39,783 nt of DNA from a virus (taxonomy: Duplodnaviria; Caudoviricetes), in the IMG/VR virus record IMGVR_UViG_3300025575_000008, positions 1 to 39,783 of that record. The stretch is one strand, 5' to 3'. A program made the translations under genes and the position numbers. Below, piece after piece: positions 1 to 5,795 of this stretch; the stretch's first letter is position 1, and every line of letters begins with the position of its first letter. The notes beneath the pieces were generated by a model. That model made no database searches and had not been told where the DNA came from. It saw nothing but the letters and a program-made list of their open reading frames with translations.

Positions 1-127
1 CCTAAAATAATAATAAATGTTGCAATAATGATTCATTTAGTTTATACTAATACTGAGGTGATTTATAAATGTCAAAGACAATGGTACGAATAGTTAAGGA
101 TAAAAATAATCCTTATGTAATTCTTAA
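1..127. repeat. Terminal direct repeat, left copy (circular assembly overlap)
   Basis: 1-127 is identical to 39657-39783; it cuts through the start of ORF 69..794; 127 is a common assembler k-mer. Confidence 0.95.
20..48 (+). promoter_or_regulatory. Sigma-A-type promoter for the rep-like/RHH operon
   Basis: TTGCAA(20-25)-17 bp-TATACT(43-48); RBS GAGGTG before ATG 69. Confidence 0.65.
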
Positions 128-794
128 TAAAGGGTTCTTAAATGACACAAATTTAACATGGCAAGCGAAAGGAATGATTTCTTATCTAATGAGTTTGCCC
201 GATGATTGGAAAATATATGAATCCGAAATAACAACTCATTCACAAGGTGGAGTAAAATATGTCAGTTCAATAATGAAAGAATTGATTAATTATGGTTATA
301 TGAAAAGAGATAGATTAAAAAGCGAAAATGGAAGATTCACAGGCTATGAGTACTGTGTTTACGAGGTTTCATCCATTATGCCCCAAACGGAGAACGGTGA
401 TACGGAGAACGGTGAAAGGCAGACTACTAATAAGAACTTAACCAATAATGATTTAACCAAATATAAAAAGGATAATGGTATTTCATCTAACGATAAAAAT
501 ACTCACACTATTTCTTACCCAAATGAAGATGTTGTTAAAGCAATGAAGACATATATGAATGATTTTTACAGGCAGAAAACAAAGAAAAAACATCCATTCT
601 TAAAACCTGAACAATATAAAAGCGTTTACAATTCAATTAGTAGTACGGCTGATGAATGGGGTTTAGAATATCAAGCATTAATAGATATGATGCTTAAATT
701 TTTAAATACAAAAACAATTCAATCAGATTGGAATATTAATCATTTCGCCACAGAAGGAATTATGGTAAATAGAATGTATGAAGTAGCATATTAG
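69..794 (+). CDS. Putative replication initiator-like protein (N-terminal winged-helix/HTH)
   Basis: N-terminus KDKNNPYVILNKGFLNDTNLTWQAKGMISYLMSLPDDW is typical of Firmicutes phage/plasmid initiator-type HTH proteins; low-complexity linker carrying a DNA repeat. Confidence 0.65.
   Translation: MSKTMVRIVKDKNNPYVILNKGFLNDTNLTWQAKGMISYLMSLPDDWKIYESEITTHSQGGVKYVSSIMKELINYGYMKRDRLKSENGRFTGYEYCVYEVSSIMPQTENGDTENGERQTTNKNLTNNDLTKYKKDNGISSNDKNTHTISYPNEDVVKAMKTYMNDFYRQKTKKKHPFLKPEQYKSVYNSISSTADEWGLEYQALIDMMLKFLNTKTIQSDWNINHFATEGIMVNRMYEVAY
387..415 (+). repeat. Two 14-bp direct repeats (iteron-like) inside the rep-like gene
   Basis: ACGGAGAACGGTGA at 387-400 and 402-415. Confidence 0.6.
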
Positions 795-805
795 GAGGGG
801 TTAGT

Positions 806-988
806 TTGAAACGGTTAAGTATTACATTAACAGACGAAGCAATGAGAATTTATGAATCTTGGAAACCACATGACAGGTCAAGAAATGTATCGCAGGGAAT
901 CATAAAATATGAAATAAGAACATCTATTGATATAAAATTAGAACAGCTAGAAAATCGGATTGATCAATTAGAAAACCAAAAAATTTAA
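806..988 (+). CDS. Small ribbon-helix-helix (CopG-like) DNA-binding protein
   Basis: MKRLSITLTDEAMRIY beta-strand/helix pattern; RBS AGGAGG; similar to 3473..3667. Confidence 0.55.
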   Translation: MKRLSITLTDEAMRIYESWKPHDRSRNVSQGIIKYEIRTSIDIKLEQLENRIDQLENQKI

Positions 989-998
989 AAAGTAAAAG

Positions 999-1033
999 AA
1001 GCAGCAAGGAGTTATTTCTCTAAGCTGCTTTTT
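999..1033 (+). terminator. Rho-independent terminator
   Basis: AAGCAGC...GCTGCTT stem followed by a T run. Confidence 0.6.
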
Positions 1034-1068
1034 CATGCCAAAAAATAAAAATCAACAGGAGATACAAA

Positions 1069-1620
1069 ATGATAGATGAAACAAAGAATATCGGTGATCC
1101 ATCTGCTAATGTAGTGAAAATGATAGAAACCGCAATCAAAAGTCTTGAAGCTTCAATTCAAAATTCAAATGATTTGAATAAAGCAGAAATACGGCGTATT
1201 GACGAAAGAAGTGCTGCTGAGTCTGATCGTATTAATGAATTGAGAAAAGGAGATATCGAAGCTGTTAGAGTTGCCAATGTACAAGCGGTAAAAACAGCAG
1301 AGTTACTTAATGCACAGATGTTGGAAAACGCAGAGGTTCTTCGTAAATCCGTTGAGGGTACAGCCGTTACAATAGCAACCCAACTTTCGCTGATTACTAC
1401 TCAACAAGACACAAGATTTACAAAATTAGAACAAGCACAATGGGAGAACCAAGGCAAGAGTGGCGCTTCACCTGATTTAGTTGCTTTGGTTACAGATTTG
1501 GTAAATACAAGAAATGAAGCCAAAGGTAGATCCAGTGCCTTTAATCCAGTTTTCGGATTGTTGTATGTTGTTGCAGGTGGTGTCGTTACATTTTTAATTT
1601 TACAAGCAATTGGTGGATAA
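1069..1620 (+). CDS. Coiled-coil protein with C-terminal transmembrane helix (lysis-module associated)
   Basis: 183 aa, helical; ends VFGLLYVVAGGVVTFLILQAIGG; lies upstream of the endolysin. Confidence 0.55.
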   Translation: MIDETKNIGDPSANVVKMIETAIKSLEASIQNSNDLNKAEIRRIDERSAAESDRINELRKGDIEAVRVANVQAVKTAELLNAQMLENAEVLRKSVEGTAVTIATQLSLITTQQDTRFTKLEQAQWENQGKSGASPDLVALVTDLVNTRNEAKGRSSAFNPVFGLLYVVAGGVVTFLILQAIGG

Positions 1621-1638
1621 CGAAAGGAGTGATTGACT

Positions 1639-1770
1639 ATGGGTATTAATTTAATTCTACTTGTTCTAGCTCTAATCTGTTGGTTTTTAGCAACTATTAA
1701 TGTACCTTCAAAAATAAGTTTAGGCTGGCTTGGTATGTTTTGCTATGGGTTAAGTCTGATTCTAAAATAG
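1639..1770 (+). CDS. Small two-TM membrane protein, holin-like (43 aa, not in ORF track)
   Basis: RBS AAGGAG; MGINLILLVLALICWFLATINVPSKISLGWLGMFCYGLSLILK. Confidence 0.6.
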   Translation: MGINLILLVLALICWFLATINVPSKISLGWLGMFCYGLSLILK

Positions 1771-1789
1771 AACTAATAGAGAGGTAAAA

Positions 1790-2476
1790 ATGGAAATTAA
1801 ACAAAATCTTATTACATGCAATTTTACAAATGCATCTCAGGTACAAAAAGGTATCATCCTTCACAGCACAGCAAACCCGGGAGCAACAGCACGAAATAAC
1901 AGAGATTATTTTAATAATCCAACTTCGGCAGCTTCGGCACATGCGATCGTCGATTGGAATGAAATACTCCAATGTGTATCTTGGAACCTTCGAGCATGGC
2001 ACGCTTGTTTTACCGGAAATCATAGTTTTATTGGCGTGGAGTTGTGCGAGCCAAAAGGTCATGATGTGGCATTATTCAACAAAATCTGGATTAACGGAGT
2101 GTGGTTATTCGCTTACATTCTCACAACGGTTGTGAAGACCAATAAAGTCACAAAGGATAACTTGATGTCACATGCAGAAGTCACAGCTAAATGGCACGAA
2201 TCAGACCATACAGACCCAGTTAGCTTCTTTGCTAGTTATGGTAAAACAGTAGATAATTTTAGAGAGGATGTGCAAAAATTGATTAATTCAACTAAACCTT
2301 TGACTTGGCAAGAAATTATAAGTAAAGTTACAAGTTCACCGGCAGATTGGCAGAACGCTATAAATACAGCTATGAACGCAGCCAAAGCCGATGGAAACTT
2401 GGGAGCGCTGGAAACATTTCAATATTTACCAGATTTAATACTTAAAATATATCAATATGGAAAGGATGGGAAATAA
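1790..2476 (+). CDS. Endolysin, N-acetylmuramoyl-L-alanine amidase (Amidase_2 type)
   Basis: IILHSTANPG, SAHAIVD, AWHA, IGVELCE, SHAEV, DHTDP motifs. Confidence 0.92.
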   Translation: MEIKQNLITCNFTNASQVQKGIILHSTANPGATARNNRDYFNNPTSAASAHAIVDWNEILQCVSWNLRAWHACFTGNHSFIGVELCEPKGHDVALFNKIWINGVWLFAYILTTVVKTNKVTKDNLMSHAEVTAKWHESDHTDPVSFFASYGKTVDNFREDVQKLINSTKPLTWQEIISKVTSSPADWQNAINTAMNAAKADGNLGALETFQYLPDLILKIYQYGKDGK

Positions 2477-2478
2477 CC

Positions 2479-2655
2479 ATGACAAAGAAATGGTATAAAT
2501 CAAAAACATTGATAACTAATATTCTGCTATTCATATTGGCTATGATACAATCAGCTACCGGACAAAGTTGGTTCAGTCCAGATTTGCAAGTTGTAGCAAT
2601 AGCAATAATAAATGCGCTATTGAGATTTATTACGAAAGATAAGATAGTTAGTTGA
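2479..2655 (+). CDS. Holin (58 aa, not in ORF track)
   Basis: MTKKWYKSKTLITNILLFILAMIQ...VVAIAIINALLRFITKDKIVS; two hydrophobic segments; directly after the endolysin. Confidence 0.75.
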   Translation: MTKKWYKSKTLITNILLFILAMIQSATGQSWFSPDLQVVAIAIINALLRFITKDKIVS

Positions 2656-2675
2656 AGATAAATAATTCTCCTACT

Positions 2676-2714
2676 AAAAAGCTACTTCCTTAATTGGAGG
2701 TAGCTTTTTTTTTT
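2676..2714. terminator. Bidirectional rho-independent terminator
   Basis: AAAAAGCTACTTCC-TTAATT-GGAGGTAGCTTTTTTTTTT; lies between the lysis genes and the convergent minus-strand unit. Confidence 0.85.
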
Positions 2715-2825
2715 AATGTTTTTTAATGTTTTTTTAACTTGTTTTCTGCAATTTCTATAATTATCCCAATACGTCCACATTAAATGCCATGCCATCTTAT
2801 GAACTTTCTTTTGATACTTATTCAT
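2682..2825 (-). CDS. Small basic hypothetical protein (47 aa) downstream of tRNA-like RNA 1
   Basis: RBS AGGAGG; MNKYQKKVHKMAWHLMWTYWDNYRNCRKQVKKTLKNIKKKSYLQLRK. Confidence 0.55.
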   Translation of the reverse strand: MNKYQKKVHKMAWHLMWTYWDNYRNCRKQVKKTLKNIKKKSYLQLRK

Positions 2826-2856
2826 TTTCATCCCTCCTGTTATAGTAGATTTAAAT

Positions 2857-2918
2857 TGGTGGAGCGTTCGGGAATCGAACCCGACCCTTCGTTATGCATA
2901 CCACTACACCAACGCCCC
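2857..2918 (-). ncRNA. tRNA-like RNA 1: 62 nt, no anticodon arm, alanine identity (G3:U70, A73)
   Basis: GGGGCGT-TG-GTGT AGTGGTAT GCAT-AACGAAGGG-TCGGG TTCGATT CCCGA-ACGCTCC-A-CCA: 7-bp acceptor stem, D arm, T arm, encoded CCA. Confidence 0.8.
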
Positions 2919-2981
2919 ATATGCACTATTAATTAATTTTGTAAGCTAATCGACAAGGGAAACAGCTATTTAAGATCGATC

Positions 2982-3107
2982 TTAATTTCCCTCAATATCT
3001 TCACACTTGCCATCATCATCTACTGTGATGCAAGCCAAAGTACATTCACCATCATCGTTGTTTATGCAATTTACTGCATTACACAAAATCTATTTTCTTC
3101 CGTCCAT
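2982..3107 (-). pseudogene. DUF1540-like Cys-rich microprotein interrupted by an in-frame TAG at codon 6
   Basis: RBS AGGAGG; MDGRK*ILCNAVNCINNDDGECTLACITVDDDGKCEDIEGN; TAG at 3090-3092. Confidence 0.6.
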
Positions 3108-3137
3108 TTTATTCCTCCTATTATAGTAGATTAAAAT

Positions 3138-3217
3138 TGGGGGTTGTAGAGGAATTGAACCTCCGACCATTCCTATCGAATTGTACACTCCAAATAGTAT
3201 AGACACCATGCGAACCC
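3138..3217 (-). ncRNA. tRNA-like RNA 2: 80 nt, degenerate cloverleaf ending in CCA
   Basis: 5' GGGTTCG pairs with 3' CAACCC (one bulge) followed by CCA; T arm GGAGG-TTCAATT-CCTCT; non-canonical D-like (ATGGTG/TACTAT) and anticodon-like (TTGGA/TTCGA) arms. Confidence 0.65.
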
Positions 3218-3386
3218 ATATAAATCTACTTCTAAAGGCAAGTCAGTAGTTGTTCTTTTAACCCAAATTATGTAGTTTGTTTTGGTAAATCAATAAGTGT
3301 CACATGGTTGTACCCTCCTTATTAGTTTCAATCCTTGTTTTTATGGATGTTATACTGGGGCACTACTCGTTTGTTACTACTCTTTT

Positions 3387-3415
3387 ATTGTATTCTTAAT
3401 AAATTGCTTTGTCAA
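3387..3415 (-). promoter_or_regulatory. Sigma-A promoter driving the tRNA-like operon
   Basis: Minus strand TTGACA(3415-3410)-17 bp-TACAAT(3392-3387). Confidence 0.8.
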
Positions 3416-3424
3416 TGAATATTC

Positions 3425-3453
3425 TTGCATATCCAAGAAACCTATGTTATACT
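3425..3453 (+). promoter_or_regulatory. Divergent sigma-A promoter
   Basis: TTGCAT-17 bp-TATACT with an extended TG. Confidence 0.65.
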
Positions 3454-3472
3454 ATTCATAGGAGGTGATTTA

Positions 3473-3667
3473 GTGCGTAAGAATGCCATTAGCATAGACT
3501 TAAACGATAAGGCAAAGGCAGTATATGATGGACTTCCAAGAGAGGTCCGCAAGGGCGAATGGGTGTCCCATGCTATTATTGAATTTGACGGTAAGGCGGA
3601 ACCATTTACAGAAGAACAAAAGCAATGGATAAGAACAGAAATAGCAAGCTTTTTAAGTGGTAATTGA
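3473..3667 (+). CDS. Small RHH-type DNA-binding protein (64 aa, GTG start)
   Basis: RBS AGGAGGTG before GTG 3473; RKNAISIDLNDKAKAVYD...WVSHAI. Confidence 0.6.
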   Translation: MRKNAISIDLNDKAKAVYDGLPREVRKGEWVSHAIIEFDGKAEPFTEEQKQWIRTEIASFLSGN

Positions 3668-3685
3668 GAGATTGGAGGGGGAAAA

Positions 3686-3985
3686 ATGAAATATTACGAC
3701 TTAATGGATAAAGAGGAAAAAGGTTCATTTATTACTTTTGAAAATCAATATGAGGCTAAGGAATGGTTAATAAACCAAACAAAAAGATTTCCACAAGATG
3801 GTCTTCATATTGTAGAAAATGAAAGACTTACTATTTATGAGAAGTATGAAGCATTAAAGCAGGAGAACGAGAAACTGAAAGAAGCATTAAAGACCATACA
3901 CGATGATCTGAAAGAAATGAGAATAATTGAACGTGAATCGGTAATAAATGAAACTATAATTTCTATAGAAATACTGCTTAAATAG
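3686..3985 (+). CDS. Hypothetical protein with coiled coil
   Basis: 99-aa ORF with RBS GGAGGG. Confidence 0.65.
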   Translation: MKYYDLMDKEEKGSFITFENQYEAKEWLINQTKRFPQDGLHIVENERLTIYEKYEALKQENEKLKEALKTIHDDLKEMRIIERESVINETIISIEILLK

Positions 3986-4007
3986 TAGCTTAAAGGAGTG
4001 ATATAAT

Positions 4008-4142
4008 ATGAGCGGATGGATGAAATACCCATATAAAGAATGTGAGGAATGTGAATATTTTGATTGGGATAAAGCGCAGGACATAGTAAATTTGAGTGAG
4101 GTTTGCCGAAGAAAAGACTGTCCTGTAAAAGAAGTTGAGTAA
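4008..4142 (+). CDS. Cys-rich microprotein (44 aa)
   Basis: RBS AAGGAG; MSGWMKYPYKECEECEYFDWDKAQDIVNLSEVCRRKDCPVKEVE. Confidence 0.6.
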   Translation: MSGWMKYPYKECEECEYFDWDKAQDIVNLSEVCRRKDCPVKEVE

Positions 4143-4164
4143 TCCACAACCTATAGAAGCACAC

Positions 4165-4194
4165 AAAAAAAGCATTCCCACATGGAGTGCTTTT
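4165..4194. terminator. Bidirectional terminator
   Basis: A7-GCATTCC...GGAGTGC-TTTT. Confidence 0.75.
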
Positions 4195-4199
4195 ATTAT

Positions 4200-4228
4200 T
4201 TGACAAAATATTCTGTTTAAATTATAAT
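4200..4228 (+). promoter_or_regulatory. Perfect consensus sigma-A promoter firing into a non-coding region
   Basis: TTGACA(4200-4205)-17 bp-TATAAT(4223-4228). Confidence 0.85.
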
Positions 4229-4234
4229 TGTCTT

Positions 4235-4615
4235 TAGTTAAATATTGCATTGTCTGAAAGTGTACCACCACTTTTCAGAAAGTAAACTACGCTAGTCGGC
4301 GTTAGCTTTGTCTAAATTATAATTCTAAAAATTATAGTTGTCAAGGTCTAATTTCTTATTGCCTAGTTTGCGAACGAATATAGGATAACGTAACCTATAA
4401 CGCTTGTAATGAGCGACCTAACAACAGTGAACAGAGCAGGGTATACTACGCTAAATGCCTTTATAACTGTAGGTGACCGCCAGAAATGGGAGAGCGTAGC
4501 CATGCGCAGGGTGGCGTTGTGAGTCTGAAAAGGCTTATTCTTGTGCGTTCTTCTTGTTTTAATCTTTTCGCAATTCATTTATTTTTTATATAAATAAATA
4601 GTCGGCACTTAGCGT
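4235..4615 (+). ncRNA. Predicted structured sense RNA (possible replication primer or regulator); 3' end uncertain
   Basis: Downstream of promoter 4200-4228; hairpins TCTGAAAGTG/CACTTTTCAGA, TATAGG/CCTATA, CGCTT/GAGCG, CTACGCT/AGCGTAG; no RBS-led ORF. Confidence 0.45.
4316..4344 (-). promoter_or_regulatory. Perfect consensus sigma-A promoter, convergent with 4200-4228
   Basis: Minus strand TTGACA(4344-4339)-17 bp-TATAAT(4321-4316). Confidence 0.85.
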
Positions 4616-4636
4616 TTTATAAACTTTTATTCAAAC

Positions 4637-4714
4637 TGTGGATAATGTGGATAATGTGGATAACTCATGCCATTATCCTAATAAATGGGTTGAAACTGTG
4701 GATAATGTGGACAA
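4637..4714 (-). promoter_or_regulatory. DnaA-box cluster, putative plasmid-state origin
   Basis: TGTGGATAA (reverse complement TTATCCACA) at 4637, 4646, 4655 and 4697, plus TGTGGACAA at 4706; AT-rich tract at about 4575-4635. Confidence 0.85.
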
Positions 4715-4715
4715 C

Positions 4716-4997
4716 TTATTCTTTTATTATCTCAAAAGCAGTTTGTAGAAATTTCTCCAAATATTCACTAACTCCAACACCTTTTTTCATTGATCTCCTT
4801 TTTATAATTGCAATTGTTTCTATTTTTAATCTGTAAGTCATTGGCTTTGTGGTATTTTCATTATCTTCAAAATTTAAATCAATCTTATTTACACTTTTGT
4901 TTACAATTTTGTTTACAGAAGGAGTTACAGTTACAGAATCAGTTACAGGTTCAACATCTTCAAAGAAATCTGTTTTCTTTAACATTTTCTTATCCAT
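4716..4997 (-). CDS. Small partition partner (type Ib centromere-binding, RHH-like)
   Basis: Overlaps the parA stop; low-complexity N-terminus, C-terminal TKPMTYRLKIETIAII...GVSEYLEKFL. Confidence 0.7.
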   Translation of the reverse strand: MDKKMLKKTDFFEDVEPVTDSVTVTPSVNKIVNKSVNKIDLNFEDNENTTKPMTYRLKIETIAIIKRRSMKKGVGVSEYLEKFLQTAFEIIKE

Positions 4998-5748
4998 TAA
5001 TAATCTCCTTTGCTAGTCTTCTATAGGCTTGTACAGCTTCATTCTCAGGGTATAAGAATATTGCAGGTATACCGTGGCTGGGGGCTTCTGCAAACCTTAT
5101 AGAACGGTTAATAGTTGTATCGAATACTTTTATACCACTTCCGTAAAAATGCTTTCTAGCATCCTGCAATACGATTGTAGATAGGTTAGTTCTTACATCA
5201 AACATAGTCGGTAGTATACCTAATATATTAAGATCTTTATTGTATTTTCCCCTAACCTTTTCTATCGTAATTAGTATTTCATTAACTCCTTTTGTTGCCA
5301 GGTACTCACATTGTAAAGGAATAATTACATCAGTAGAAGCTGCTAGGGCGTTTATAGTAATCAGATTCTTTGCTGGTGGCGTGTCTATTATAATGTAATC
5401 ATAATCATCTAAAACGCTAGATATTACGTTTTTAAGCACATGCCCAGGATTCTTAAAAGTGTCTCTGTTTTCTACTATTAGCATATCCAGTTCGTTCAGT
5501 GTCTCATTTGACGGAATTACGTCACAATATTCAGTCCTGATAACAGTATGGTCAAAATCCTTTTCGCCTGTGATAATATCGTAAATAGTACTCTTAGGTG
5601 CTGTTACACCTAAACTTGTACTTGCGTTTCCCTGGGGATCGAAATCTAATAATAGTATATTCCCGGGTAAAGCTACTGCAAGGTTTACAGCTGTTGTTGT
5701 TTTTCCTACTCCGCCTTTGGGGATTGCAATTGCAATTATTCTTGCCAT
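4990..5748 (-). CDS. parA: ParA/Soj family partition ATPase
   Basis: Deviant Walker A KGGVGKTT, DFDPQGN, IIIDTPP, ILPTMFDVRT. Confidence 0.97.
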   Translation of the reverse strand: MARIIAIAIPKGGVGKTTTAVNLAVALPGNILLLDFDPQGNASTSLGVTAPKSTIYDIITGEKDFDHTVIRTEYCDVIPSNETLNELDMLIVENRDTFKNPGHVLKNVISSVLDDYDYIIIDTPPAKNLITINALAASTDVIIPLQCEYLATKGVNEILITIEKVRGKYNKDLNILGILPTMFDVRTNLSTIVLQDARKHFYGSGIKVFDTTINRSIRFAEAPSHGIPAIFLYPENEAVQAYRRLAKEIING

Positions 5749-5795
5749 TTTAACACTCTCCTTTTATATTTTAATTGAAATCAACATATATAACA

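Larger units (their letters stand above)
4165..4309 (-). ncRNA. Predicted antisense RNA (about 140 nt)
   Basis: Bounded by the perfect minus-strand promoter at 4316-4344 and the terminator at 4165-4194; contains hairpins; no credible ORF. Confidence 0.6.

Noticed and set aside
1-127. Biological terminal repeats of a linear genome
   Set aside because: The length equals a common assembler k-mer and the repeat cuts through a gene start; it is better read as evidence of circularity.
2857-2890. attP core derived from a tRNA or tmRNA 3' end
   Set aside because: No integrase was found, and the matching 5' acceptor strand and D arm are present, which an attP fragment would not need.
3090-3092. Genome-wide stop-codon reassignment
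   Set aside because: TAG, TGA and TAA all end well-formed genes and the long genes are uninterrupted under code 11.
2857-3217. Functional decoding tRNAs or an amber suppressor
   Set aside because: Element 1 has no anticodon arm. Element 2 lacks a canonical 7-nt U33 loop, and its CTA lies in a 4-nt D-like loop. Neither resembles tRNA-Pyl.
4645-4836. ORF MWIMWIT... in the ORF track
   Set aside because: It is a translation artefact of the tandem DnaA boxes, has no RBS and is antisense to the partition gene.
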